DNA from: an uncultured Candidatus Saccharibacteria bacterium
GTDB lineage: Bacteria > Patescibacteriota > Minisyncoccia > Phycocordibacterales > GWA1-40-21
Direction: 5' to 3'
Length of the DNA stretch: 64,000 nucleotides
NCBI GenBank assembly: GCA_964613715.1
Contig: CAZTJK010000001.1
Location: 9,990-73,989 of the forward strand
Shown here: positions 1 through 8,533 of the stretch, piece after piece
Numbering within the stretch: position 1 is the first letter of the stretch
How the letters are laid out: each line of letters starts with the position of its first letter
Program-made: the position numbers and the translations under genes
Notes under the pieces: model-generated
The model's database searches: none
What the model was told of the DNA's origin: nothing
The model's input: only the letters and a program-made list of their open reading frames with translations

Positions 1-309
1 GCAAAGGCACAGGAGTCTGGCTTTGACGGCATCATGATTGGCCGCGGTATATTCGGCAATCCGTGGCTATTCGATGAAAAAAGAAACGTGGAACCAAGCG
101 TACCGGAAAAATTGACTGTACTCTTTGAGCACGCAAAGCTTTTTGAAAAGCTGGTGCACTATCGCAACTTTGCCATCATGAAAAAGCATTTCAAGGCATA
201 CGTGTCCGGTTTTGACGGCGCAAAAGAGCTGCGTGTGAAGCTCATGGAAACGAATAATTCAAAAGAAGTGGGGAAGATCGTGAAGGAATTCCTGAAAAGC
301 TATAAATAG
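1..309 (+). CDS. tRNA-dihydrouridine synthase, C-terminal fragment (5' end lies outside the window)
   Basis: Frame 1 reads ...AKAQESGFDGIMIGRGIFGNPWLF... from nt 1. The (A/G)DG(V/I)MIGRG...NPW motif and helical C-terminal tail are typical of the Dus family. No start codon is present in the window. Confidence 0.75.
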   Translation, partial: AKAQESGFDGIMIGRGIFGNPWLFDEKRNVEPSVPEKLTVLFEHAKLFEKLVHYRNFAIMKKHFKAYVSGFDGAKELRVKLMETNNSKEVGKIVKEFLKSYK

Positions 310-318
310 AGAAAATAC

Positions 319-346
319 TTGACATATTTTTGAGGTATGTTAAACT
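319..346 (+). promoter_or_regulatory. Sigma-70-type promoter: TTGACA (319-324), 16-nt spacer, extended -10 TGtTAAACT (338-346)
   Basis: The -35 hexamer is a perfect consensus and TGn precedes the TAAACT hexamer. A near-identical promoter occurs at 59909-59937. Confidence 0.6.
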
Positions 347-354
347 GATTTGGT

Positions 355-826
355 CGGAAGTTGTTCAATACAAGTTAAGGAGAAGAACATGAGGAAAACC
401 TTCAGGACAACCCTGAAATCCCTCTCGCTCAACCTGATCGCCGACCTGGCCACCGCGCCCGCCCGTTAGGGCCACCTTTCGCGGAGGCATTCGAAGTTCT
501 TTCGCAGACCAACAGAAAAATCCCGTGTCGGGAGAAAGGATAAGAAGATCACTCGGAACCTGAATGTTTGCTTGGTAGATTACTGACCACGTATTCAGGC
601 TAGTCGAATTAGTTCGAACCGCTGGTAGCATCTCTACCGTGCGCTGTATCAAGTCTTGGAGGTAAAATCCCAACGACCCACCAGCGCACATGATTTTCTT
701 GTTCTCCGAAGCGACCGAGATAAGTTAGGTGCCAACGCACCGAGTCACTAAGTGAGGTACGTCCCTCACACGGCTCATCTCGCGTCGCATTCTGGGACGG
801 CAGTAATAACTGCCGTTTTTTTATTG
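355..826 (+). ncRNA. Candidate structured non-coding RNA or dual-function transcript of unknown family, between a strong promoter and an intrinsic terminator, immediately upstream of dnaX
   Basis: No ORF longer than 26 aa lies in the promoter-defined orientation. The ORFs on the track (365..691 and 609..830, minus strand) overlap each other and have no recognisable similarity. There are many local hairpins, for example ggtgcCAACgcacc, ggtagCATCTctacc and gtgaggTACGTCcctcac, and a long-range cctgaat...attcagg pairing. The region ends in an intrinsic terminator at 797-823, 19 nt before the dnaX start. SRP RNA lies upstream of dnaX in many bacteria, but the GGAAGGAAGCAGC helix-8 motif was not found. 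Confidence 0.35.
797..823 (+). terminator. Intrinsic terminator: acggcag-taataa-ctgccgt followed by T6
   Basis: A 7-bp GC-rich stem is followed by tttttt at 817-822. Confidence 0.7.
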
Positions 827-841
827 CCAAAAAATGCTAGA

Positions 842-1891
842 ATGGCAGGCATGTCAGATACCGCGCTCTACAGAAAATACCGCCCGCAAAAATTTTCAGA
901 TGTCTTCGGCCAGGATCATGTAGTAAAAGTCCTCGAGTCTTCCATCAAGCTCGACCACATCGCCCATGCATATATCTTTTCTGGTTCACGCGGTACCGGC
1001 AAGACATCCATTGCACGTATATTCGCCCGCGAGCTTGGCACCAAAGACACTGATATCCATGAGATAGATGCAGCATCGAATACCGGCGTCGATGATATCC
1101 GCGCGCTCAATGAATCCGTGAGCACCCTGCCATTCGAATCGAAATATAAGGTCTATATCCTCGACGAGGCCCACATGCTCTCGAAATCCGCCTGGAATGC
1201 GCTCCTGAAAACGCTCGAGGAGCCACCAAAGCATGTAATTTTCATCCTTGCCACGACCGAGTTCAATAAGATCCCGGAAACCGTCGTCTCGCGCTGCCAG
1301 ACATTTTCCTTCAAGAAGCCGTCGCAAAAAATCTTGAAAGAAGTGATCGCGGCGATCGCGAAGAAGGAGAAATTCACCCTCGCACCCGCATCGCTCGAGC
1401 TTGTCGCTCTGCTTGGCGATGGCTCGTTCCGCGATGCGCAGAGCATCCTCCAGAAAGTGATGAGCGCCTCAAAAGATAACAAGATTACTCATGAGGAGGT
1501 GGAGCTCGTCACCGGCGCGCCGAAAGCAAGCCTGGTGAATGACTTTATCCACGCCATAGATGAAGGCAATCTCTCGCTCGGCCTTGGTGCAGTGGGGCAG
1601 GCAAGCGAAGCGAATATCGACATGCTTCTTTACTTCAGGTTGATTCTCGCAAAGATGCGCTCAATATTGCTTTTACGAACACTCAAAGGCTCGGAAGAGA
1701 AGCTTGCCGAGGAAATGACCGATACAGATTTTGCATTCATCAAAGCCCTGTCAGAAAAGAAAGACTCGAAAATAAATTCAGATACATTGCTCACCCTGCT
1801 GTCGTATTATGATATGGTGGCAAAAGCCGCCATCGCCGAGCTGCCGCTCGAGCTTGCACTTGCAAAACTTATCCCTGCAAAACAAGGATAA
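842..1891 (+). CDS. dnaX: DNA polymerase III subunit gamma/tau (short form, domains I-III only)
   Basis: MAGMSDTALYRKYRPQKFSDVFGQ, a Walker A motif GSRGTGKTS, DEAHML and SRCQ motifs. The ORF-track start at 752 would lie inside the upstream terminator, so the in-frame ATG at 842 (or 851) was used. At about 350 aa the protein lacks the tau-specific C-terminal domains. Confidence 0.9.
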   Translation: MAGMSDTALYRKYRPQKFSDVFGQDHVVKVLESSIKLDHIAHAYIFSGSRGTGKTSIARIFARELGTKDTDIHEIDAASNTGVDDIRALNESVSTLPFESKYKVYILDEAHMLSKSAWNALLKTLEEPPKHVIFILATTEFNKIPETVVSRCQTFSFKKPSQKILKEVIAAIAKKEKFTLAPASLELVALLGDGSFRDAQSILQKVMSASKDNKITHEEVELVTGAPKASLVNDFIHAIDEGNLSLGLGAVGQASEANIDMLLYFRLILAKMRSILLLRTLKGSEEKLAEEMTDTDFAFIKALSEKKDSKINSDTLLTLLSYYDMVAKAAIAELPLELALAKLIPAKQG

Positions 1892-1940
1892 GTTGAAAAA
1901 ACACTTTTTTTCGCGTATTCTTGAGGAGTTTTATCGATAT

Positions 1941-2011
1941 TGGGGGATCGTCTAATGGTAGGACACGGCCCTTTGAAGGCTGTTATCTTGGTTCGAATCC
2001 AAGTCCCCCAG
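1941..2011 (+). tRNA. tRNA-Gln (anticodon UUG)
   Basis: Cloverleaf folded by hand. Acceptor stem tggggga/tccccca. Anticodon stem cggcc/ggctg (one G-U pair) with loop cuUUGaa. T-arm cttgg-TTCGAAT-ccaag. Discriminator G. CCA is not encoded. Confidence 0.85.
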
Positions 2012-2021
2012 CAAAAAATCT

Positions 2022-2459
2022 ATGTCTGAACCGAAAACAAAAGTGAATACGGCGAGCGTCGAGAAATTTTTGAATGGGATCAAAGATCGAGAGAAGCGCG
2101 AAGATTGTTTATCAATCTCTCATATGATGGAAAAAGCGACAAGATCAAAGCCTGAAATGTGGGGCGCATCGATCGTCGGATTTGGCCGCAGAAAATATAC
2201 ATATGCAAATGGTAAAGAAGGGGAATGGATGATGATCGGTTTTTCCCCACGCAAGCAGAATATCACCCTCTACGGCTTGAAGATTTTCAAAATGACACAC
2301 GGCAAATTAAAAGAAAACAAGAAAGAGAATGCTTTTCTTGTACCATTGGGCAAATACAAAGAGAGCGGAGGCTGCATTTACATTAATAAACTTTCTGATG
2401 TTAATACAAAAGAACTTGAAAAAATCATTAGACTTGCGGTACAACGCAAGAAGAAATAA
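2022..2459 (+). CDS. DUF1801 (YdhG-like) domain protein
   Basis: ASVEKFLNGIKDREKREDCLSISHMM... resembles the DUF1801/YdhG family. It is the first of several small accessory-type genes downstream of the tRNA. Confidence 0.6.
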   Translation: MSEPKTKVNTASVEKFLNGIKDREKREDCLSISHMMEKATRSKPEMWGASIVGFGRRKYTYANGKEGEWMMIGFSPRKQNITLYGLKIFKMTHGKLKENKKENAFLVPLGKYKESGGCIYINKLSDVNTKELEKIIRLAVQRKKK

Positions 2460-2518
2460 GAGTTTGCCATTCGCGCCAGATCGTCAGTAAAAATTGATCG
2501 GTGTGGTACTATAGAAGT

Positions 2519-3121
2519 ATGAGAAAAATAGTTGTTTTTATGATGATGAGCCTCGATGGTGTCATGCAAGCGCCCGGTGCTCCGAAAGAAGATACTGCAG
2601 GAGGCTTTCAATTCGGAGGCTGGACTGCTCCCTTTGCAGACAAATCTTTCAGTGCAATCATCAATAAAGAGCTAGGTGTCCCATTTGATTTACTGCTCGG
2701 CAGGAAAACCTACGATATATGGAATGCATACTGGCCACAGCAGAAAGGCCCGATTGCCGACCCATTTAATAGAGCGAAGAAATATGTCGTATCGAGCAGC
2801 GGCACAGGCCTTACTTGGAAAAAATCGATTCTCATCGCAGGAGATGTTGCAGCAAAAATCAAAGCATTGAAAAAAGAGAGCGGTCCGGTGCTCCATGTAT
2901 GGGGCAGCAGCGTCCTGATCCAAACGCTCCTGAAGGAAGACCTGATCGATGAGTTGCGCCTCAGAATATACCCGGTTACGCTTGGCAGCGGAAAACGTTT
3001 ATTCGGGGAGGGGACAATTCCTGCCGCATATACATTGATAGATTCCCAAACACTGCAAAGCGGCGTCATACTGGCAAACTATGCAAGAGCCGGCAGCGTA
3101 CAGACAGGGTCAATGGTGTAG
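2519..3121 (+). CDS. Dihydrofolate reductase-like protein (RibD C-terminal domain family)
   Basis: MRKIVVFMMMSLDGV...GRKTYD...VVSSSG. The track ORF begins at a GTG at 2501; the ATG at 2519 was used. Confidence 0.7.
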   Translation: MRKIVVFMMMSLDGVMQAPGAPKEDTAGGFQFGGWTAPFADKSFSAIINKELGVPFDLLLGRKTYDIWNAYWPQQKGPIADPFNRAKKYVVSSSGTGLTWKKSILIAGDVAAKIKALKKESGPVLHVWGSSVLIQTLLKEDLIDELRLRIYPVTLGSGKRLFGEGTIPAAYTLIDSQTLQSGVILANYARAGSVQTGSMV

Positions 3122-3162
3122 AGTAATCGTTATTACATAGTTTCATTTGCTATACTAAACCC

Positions 3163-3375
3163 ATGCAAAAACTAGCCACAAAAATATTCGTCTATTCATC
3201 GATTGTTTTCGGGATTATCGGGATGGCAGTAGTGCTGACATTGCCGAGCACTCAAGGGACGCAAACTTCAGATCTGCATATCGCCTTGATGAAGCTTTTG
3301 TTTGCGACAGTCTTCATCATATTGCCTTCATTCGCACTGAGTATTGCTGGTAAATATTTGAATAACAATCATTAG
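3163..3375 (+). CDS. Small two-helix membrane protein, hypothetical
   Basis: 70 aa with two hydrophobic helices. Leaderless architecture: TATACT at 3151-3156 lies 7 nt before the ATG. Confidence 0.45.
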   Translation: MQKLATKIFVYSSIVFGIIGMAVVLTLPSTQGTQTSDLHIALMKLLFATVFIILPSFALSIAGKYLNNNH

Positions 3376-3381
3376 GTTGGC

Positions 3382-3615
3382 ATGCCGCACGCAATCCCGG
3401 CAGATTTGAAAAAAGCTCTTGCTATCGACAAGGCTGCACAAACGGCATGGAAAAGTATCACCCCGCTTGCGCGCAATGAATGGATTTGCTGGACTGTTTC
3501 CGTCAAAAAGCCGGAAACGAGGCGCGACCATGTGCGGCGCGTCTGTTCAGAATTAAAAGAGGGGATGCGCCGGCCATGCTGCTGGGCTGGTTGCCCGCAC
3601 CGGAGAAAGGGTTAA
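3382..3615 (+). CDS. YdeI/OmpD-associated family protein (small, helical)
   Basis: ADLKKALAIDKAAQTAWKSITPLARNEWICWTVSVKKPETRRDHV is the typical signature of this family. Confidence 0.6.
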   Translation: MPHAIPADLKKALAIDKAAQTAWKSITPLARNEWICWTVSVKKPETRRDHVRRVCSELKEGMRRPCCWAGCPHRRKG

Positions 3616-3624
3616 AATATTCAT

Positions 3625-4227
3625 ATGGCACAATACACATGCCCAATGCATCCAGAAATATTGAGCGACAAGCCTGGCCGCTGCCCGAAATGCGGCATGG
3701 CGCTTGTACTGAAAGAGGATAAAAAACCTGCAGTACAGGCCAATGACCGCGGTCTCGGCATAATCACCTGGAAAAGCTATGTTCCGCTCATAGTCATTAT
3801 CGGGATTATCATGACTGCTTCAGCAATCACTTCGTCTTCACTCCCAGCCTTTCTGCTCTCATTCATGACAGGTTTCTTCATCGTCTTTTCAGGATTCAAG
3901 CTGATGGATCTGAGAGGCTTTGCAGAAGGGTATTCGACCTATGATCTGTTGGCTCAGAAATGGTTCGGATACGGCTATTGCTATCCCTTCATTGAGCTTG
4001 CGTTTGGTCTTCTTATGCTTGCTGGCTATCATCCGATCTGGCTCTTGTGGACAGAATTTGCCGTGATGACATTCAGTGGGATCGGCGTTGCGATCAAACT
4101 TGCAAAGCGAGAACCCTTCATGTGCGCATGCCTCGGCACATTTTTGAAAGTACCGCTCACCTCTATCACGCTTATGGAAGATTTTGGCATGGCTGTTTTA
4201 GCGCTCGTACTTATCTTTTTAAGATAA
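3625..4227 (+). CDS. Heavy-metal-binding-domain (YTCPMHP...CPKCGM) protein fused to a MauE/DoxX-type membrane domain
   Basis: N-terminus MAQYTCPMHPEILSDKPGRCPKCGMAL, followed by 4-5 transmembrane helices. Confidence 0.6.
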   Translation: MAQYTCPMHPEILSDKPGRCPKCGMALVLKEDKKPAVQANDRGLGIITWKSYVPLIVIIGIIMTASAITSSSLPAFLLSFMTGFFIVFSGFKLMDLRGFAEGYSTYDLLAQKWFGYGYCYPFIELAFGLLMLAGYHPIWLLWTEFAVMTFSGIGVAIKLAKREPFMCACLGTFLKVPLTSITLMEDFGMAVLALVLIFLR

Positions 4228-4253
4228 GAAATTTAGATTAGTTCAGGCAATCA

Positions 4254-4282
4254 TTGACAAAATACGAATTTTTCTATATGAT
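4254..4282 (+). promoter_or_regulatory. Promoter TTGACA-17nt-TATGAT ahead of a ~95-nt 5' UTR of the DEAD-box helicase gene
   Basis: Consensus -35 hexamer. Long leaders are common for cold-shock DEAD-box helicase genes. Confidence 0.5.
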
Positions 4283-4380
4283 GGGTGTGTTAGGTATTTC
4301 TCCTTGGTTTTTGGACGCTATCGAAACTGAAGAGATCGCTCATCGCCCTATACTTTTATTTTAAATGAGCCAGTTTCATT

Positions 4381-5607
4381 ATGTATCATTCGCATAGCAA
4401 TAATTTTCATGGGCGGCCGTTTCGTGCTGCCAAGCCAGGCTTCAAGCGGAGTTTCGGCCATAGACGCGGGGGCAGTACTAAAAGCCGTTTTGCAGACAAG
4501 GCATTTTCTGATATCTCGAAATTCGTGAATAAGGTTTCCGTCACTGAAGAGGCGGACGTATTTACACCTGAACATCTGTTCAGTGATTTTGCCGTTGTGG
4601 AGAAGCTCAAGCAGAATATCGTCGCCAAGGGATATGTCACACCGACGCCGATCCAGGACAAAGCCATTCCGCATATCCTGAAAAGCCAGGATGTCGTCGG
4701 CATTGCAAATACCGGCACCGGCAAGACAGCCGCATTCCTGATCCCGCTCATCGACAAGGTGCTGCGCGACCCGAAGCAAAATATCCTAATCATGGTCCCA
4801 ACGCGCGAGCTCGCCGGACAGATTCGCGATGAACTGTCTGCCTTTACCCGCGGCATGGGTATTTGGTCAGTAGTCTGCGTCGGCGGCACATCGATCGTGC
4901 CGCAGATTCGCGCGCTTCGCCATAAGAATAATTTCATCATTGGCACGCCAGGCCGCCTCAAGGACCTCGTCGAGCACAAGAATCTTCGCCTCAATGAATT
5001 TGGCACGATCGTGCTCGATGAAGCTGATCGCATGCTTGATATGGGCTTTATCAATGACGTGAAATCCATGATGGCTCAAATGCCGACGGAGCGCCATACG
5101 CTTTTCTTTTCAGCGACGACCACTCCGGAAATCAATGGCCTGATCGCAAAATTCCTCAAGAATCCGGTAACAGTTTCGGTGAAGACCCGTGATACCTCGA
5201 AATCTATCGACCAGGATGTCGTGAGAGTCAGCCGCGCTGAAGACAAGATACACAAGCTCGCCGAGCTCTTGCGCACGGATGGCTTTTCGAAAGTACTCGT
5301 ATTCGGCAAGACAAAGCATGGCGCGGAAAAGCTCGCGGATGCCCTGAATGCGATGGGTCTTGCCGCTGAATCGATTCATGGCAATAAGAATTTCAACAAG
5401 CGCCAACAGGCTCTCGGAAAATTCAAGGATAACAAGGTCAAAGTGCTCGTAGCGACCGATGTGGCTGCGCGCGGCCTCGATATCGCAGACGTCTCCCATG
5501 TCATCAACTATGACTTGCCAGCAACCTATGAAGACTATATCCACCGCATCGGCCGAACAGGCCGCGGCGGCAAGAAAGGGAAGGCGCTGACATTTATTCA
5601 AGGGTAA
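4381..5607 (+). CDS. DEAD-box ATP-dependent RNA helicase
   Basis: Q-motif TPIQ, Walker A ANTGTGKTAAF, DEAD as VLDEAD, SAT as FSAT, and HRIGRTGRGG. The Arg/Gly-rich N-terminal extension leaves the exact start uncertain. Confidence 0.9.
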   Translation: MYHSHSNNFHGRPFRAAKPGFKRSFGHRRGGSTKSRFADKAFSDISKFVNKVSVTEEADVFTPEHLFSDFAVVEKLKQNIVAKGYVTPTPIQDKAIPHILKSQDVVGIANTGTGKTAAFLIPLIDKVLRDPKQNILIMVPTRELAGQIRDELSAFTRGMGIWSVVCVGGTSIVPQIRALRHKNNFIIGTPGRLKDLVEHKNLRLNEFGTIVLDEADRMLDMGFINDVKSMMAQMPTERHTLFFSATTTPEINGLIAKFLKNPVTVSVKTRDTSKSIDQDVVRVSRAEDKIHKLAELLRTDGFSKVLVFGKTKHGAEKLADALNAMGLAAESIHGNKNFNKRQQALGKFKDNKVKVLVATDVAARGLDIADVSHVINYDLPATYEDYIHRIGRTGRGGKKGKALTFIQG

Positions 5608-5616
5608 AAAAATAAA

Positions 5617-5643
5617 AAGAACGGTTCTACCGTTCTTTTTTTA
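5617..5643 (+). terminator. Intrinsic terminator: agaacggt-tct-accgttct followed by T7
   Basis: Hairpin followed by a U-run directly after the helicase stop. Confidence 0.7.
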
Positions 5644-5659
5644 TTGCTATACTATCTGC

Positions 5660-6967
5660 ATGCAAAAACAAAATTCCGGCTTCGTGCTGCCATTTATCGT
5701 CCTTCTGCTCGCGATCGTAAGTGGCGGCGTGTATTACTATCTACGCACCCAGGATATCGCACAGCAAAGCGTTCGCGTGGAGGAAAGCCTCGGTGTGCAA
5801 GATAACGCTGGAAATAATCCGGGACAAAATCCTTTGAATACAAATACTGAGCCTGCTTCGGAGAATCAGCCGGCGCAATCAAGCAATACTTCATCGCAGG
5901 CTTCTGCCTACGGCCCAGTCCTTTCTGAAAATGATCTGCTTGCTCTTGCTGATGACAAATACTCGTCCGGATTAGTGCCGCTCGGCGATTATAAATATGT
6001 GACGAGCGGCCCGAAGAAAGGATATATCTATCTCTGCAATGTGCGGAAAGACAATCCGGGTTCAGCCGTAAACGGCCCGTGGATGCATGGCACGGCATGG
6101 AATTTCCTCGAAAAGATATCAATACAAGGATCTGTCAGCTGGCCGAATGCTATTTTCTCGAATGTGATTTCTGGCATCATGCGCCTCTTGAAAGGCAATG
6201 ACTTGCCGATAAGCCACAATACCGGCACTTTCCCGGTACAATCGAGCGATCCTGCGCATGCATATGATGCGAATCCGAACAACATTTCCGCGCAATCATA
6301 TTCGCTTTCTATTCCTGCAAATCCGACGTATTCGGCGACGCCCTACTGCATGGGCATGGAAGTCGGCGTGATGCTTTCCGGCGTGCCGATATTCAATGGT
6401 TTCGATGCGGGACTTCGCGATGCACAAGCGCATGAGCTGCAGGATTCCTGCGAAGGGCATCCGCAAGGCGACGGCGAATACCATTATCACGGCCTTTCAA
6501 GCTGCATGAAGGATACAAGCGAGGCGACCGTGCTCGGTTATGCATTCGATGGCTTTCCGATCACCGGCCCGAAAGTAGCGGACAAGAAATATCTGACGAC
6601 CGAAGACCTTGATGAATGCCATGGCATTACGAGCGAGATCATTATGGACGGTAAGAAAAAAGTTACTTATCACTATGTCATGACGCAGGATTTCCCATAT
6701 TCAGCAAGCTGTTTCCGTGGAAAAGCAGTCGTGATGAAGCTTGATACTGGGACGACAGGCGGAACCCAAAGCGGTCAAAGCAGTGGCATGCAAACCCAGA
6801 ACCAAGTGCAGGGAAGCGGCGATCATGCGAGCCCACCACAACAAGCTATCGATGCTTGTTCCGGCAAGTACAGCGGTGCAAGTTGTTCGTTCAGCACGCC
6901 AAACGGTACAATATCAGGTTCCTGCGATACCCCGCCAGGCTCATCGCTTGCTTGTATTCCGCAATAA
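5660..6967 (+). CDS. Secreted or membrane-anchored YHYH-motif protein with N/Q/S/T-rich low-complexity segments
   Basis: N-terminal TM/signal region LPFIVLLLAIVSGGVYYYL. Motifs EYHYHG and DLDECHG. The Cys-rich C-terminus contains CSGKYSGASCSF...SGSCD...LAC. Leaderless architecture: TATACT lies 7 nt before the ATG. Confidence 0.55.
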   Translation: MQKQNSGFVLPFIVLLLAIVSGGVYYYLRTQDIAQQSVRVEESLGVQDNAGNNPGQNPLNTNTEPASENQPAQSSNTSSQASAYGPVLSENDLLALADDKYSSGLVPLGDYKYVTSGPKKGYIYLCNVRKDNPGSAVNGPWMHGTAWNFLEKISIQGSVSWPNAIFSNVISGIMRLLKGNDLPISHNTGTFPVQSSDPAHAYDANPNNISAQSYSLSIPANPTYSATPYCMGMEVGVMLSGVPIFNGFDAGLRDAQAHELQDSCEGHPQGDGEYHYHGLSSCMKDTSEATVLGYAFDGFPITGPKVADKKYLTTEDLDECHGITSEIIMDGKKKVTYHYVMTQDFPYSASCFRGKAVVMKLDTGTTGGTQSGQSSGMQTQNQVQGSGDHASPPQQAIDACSGKYSGASCSFSTPNGTISGSCDTPPGSSLACIPQ

Positions 6968-7037
6968 ATATTGTTTGGAAAAAGAAATAGTTCTTTGTCA
7001 ATTGTGCACTAAGCCTATCAAGGAGTAAAATGAACTA

Positions 7038-7655
7038 ATGACATACGACACACTCGCAACAGAAATAAGCATTAACAAAGCTGTGGGGGCACTGGCAGCG
7101 AAAAATTTTCATCCGCTTGTCGTCGCAAGCGGCGCTGAAGCCCTCGCAGAAATCAAGAAACTGATTCCATCAGGAAAATCAGTCATGAACGGAGCTTCGG
7201 TTACTCTCGAAGAGATTGGCTTTTTCGATTATTTGAAGACTGGAACACATGGTTGGAAGAACATGCATGCCCTGATCACCGCTGAACCCGATGCAGTCAA
7301 GCGCATGGAGCTGCGCAAGCAGGGAATTACCTCGGATTTTTATCTGGGTAGCGCCCATGCACTCACGGAAGCAGGTGATCTTGTCTTTGCATCAAATACT
7401 GGCAGCCAGCTGCCGCATCTGGCATTCACTTCGCCGAATATCATTCTGGTGGTCAGCACGCAAAAAATCGTGCCAGATCTCGACGAAGCCATGAAGCGCA
7501 TCCGGGAGCATATCATCCCGCTCGAGGATGAGCGCATGATGCATGCGTACAAAGCGCATACCGCGCAAAATAAAACCTTGATCCTTCATGGCGAAAGCCC
7601 GATCATGGGCAGAACGATCCATGTTATCATCGTCAAGGAAAAGCTTGGCTTCTAA
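7038..7655 (+). CDS. LUD-domain protein (LutC/YkgG-like)
   Basis: About 200 aa with a sequence pattern typical of the LutC family. A Shine-Dalgarno AAGGAG lies 12 nt upstream. Confidence 0.55.
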   Translation: MTYDTLATEISINKAVGALAAKNFHPLVVASGAEALAEIKKLIPSGKSVMNGASVTLEEIGFFDYLKTGTHGWKNMHALITAEPDAVKRMELRKQGITSDFYLGSAHALTEAGDLVFASNTGSQLPHLAFTSPNIILVVSTQKIVPDLDEAMKRIREHIIPLEDERMMHAYKAHTAQNKTLILHGESPIMGRTIHVIIVKEKLGF

Positions 7656-7656
7656 C

Positions 7657-7911
7657 ATGACTGAATTCCAAAAACGCATTTATGCTATCGTGCGGAAAAT
7701 TCCAAAAGGTTCGGTATTGACCTACAAGCAAGTCGCAAAAAAAGCTGGCAGCCCGAATGCATTCCGTGCTGTCGGCACTTTACTGTCAAAAAATTTCAAC
7801 CCGCGTATTCCATGCCATCGGGTGATCCGCTCGGATGGAAATATAGGAGCATACAATCGCGGCACTCGAAATAAGATAAAAATCCTGCGACAGGAAGGCG
7901 CGATCGCTTGA
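7657..7911 (+). CDS. Minimal MGMT-family protein (methylated-DNA-protein-cysteine methyltransferase active-site/DNA-binding domain only)
   Basis: VLTYKQVAKKAGSPNAFRAVGTLLSKNFNPRIPCHRVIRSDGNIGAY carries the PCHR active-site motif. The start was set at the ATG 1 nt after the upstream stop. Confidence 0.75.
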   Translation: MTEFQKRIYAIVRKIPKGSVLTYKQVAKKAGSPNAFRAVGTLLSKNFNPRIPCHRVIRSDGNIGAYNRGTRNKIKILRQEGAIA

Positions 7912-7933
7912 AATCTGGCCCTAATATGCTACT

Positions 7934-8497
7934 ATGCTTTTTCTTTTGAAATCGCATATGCATAAATCCTTATTTCACAATATCAAGCAAGATCGCGCGC
8001 CGGACATGCTCTCCCTTATCGTCGAGATCAGCGAAGGCGATTACAATAAATACGAATACGATCATGCGCTCGGCGTGCTTGCGCTCAACCGCGTACTCTA
8101 TGGCCCGCTCTTTTATCCAGTTAATTATTGCGATGTACCAGGTACTTGGAACGAGCATGATAATGACCCGCTCGATGCGATCCTTTTTTCTTCGCGGCCG
8201 ATCATTCCGGGTGCACTCGTCCATGGCCGCGTGATCGGCGCGCTTGAGATGGTAGACAATGGCAAGATCGACCACAAGATTGTCTGCGTCAATGCGAAAG
8301 ATCCGCGCTTCGAATATGTGAAGTCGATTGACGATCTGACTCCGTACCAGAAAAAAGACGTTACGACCTTCTTCGAGCTCTACAAAATTCCGGAAACCGG
8401 CGCAGATTCGGTGAAAATCGGGAAATACATGAATGCGAAGCAGGCTGGCGCTTTCATTACTCTATGTATCAAGGCCTACGAGAAAAAATTCTCCTAG
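7934..8497 (+). CDS. ppa: Inorganic pyrophosphatase (family I)
   Basis: YNKYEYDHALGVLALNRVLY...DPLDAILF...HKIVCV. TAATAT lies 7 nt before the ATG (leaderless). Confidence 0.9.
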   Translation: MLFLLKSHMHKSLFHNIKQDRAPDMLSLIVEISEGDYNKYEYDHALGVLALNRVLYGPLFYPVNYCDVPGTWNEHDNDPLDAILFSSRPIIPGALVHGRVIGALEMVDNGKIDHKIVCVNAKDPRFEYVKSIDDLTPYQKKDVTTFFELYKIPETGADSVKIGKYMNAKQAGAFITLCIKAYEKKFS

Positions 8498-8533
8498 CTT
8501 GTCTTTCAGGAAAGCGCCATTTATAATAGGCGC

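Noticed and set aside
355-826. Assignment of the dnaX-upstream RNA to SRP RNA, RNase P RNA, tmRNA or a T-box leader
   Set aside because: I looked for the SRP helix-8 motif (GGAAGGAAGCAGC), RNase P P4 strands (GGAAAGUCCGG / ACAGAARCCGGCUUA), a tmRNA tRNA-like 3' end (GGUUCGAnUCC...CCA) and the T-box consensus (GGGTGGnACCGCG). None is present convincingly, so the region is left as an unclassified candidate RNA.
365-830. Minus-strand ORFs 365..691 (108 aa) and 609..830 (73 aa) in the dnaX-upstream region
   Set aside because: They overlap each other, have no Shine-Dalgarno sequence or similarity, and oppose a promoter-terminator-defined plus-strand transcript. The region is treated as non-coding.
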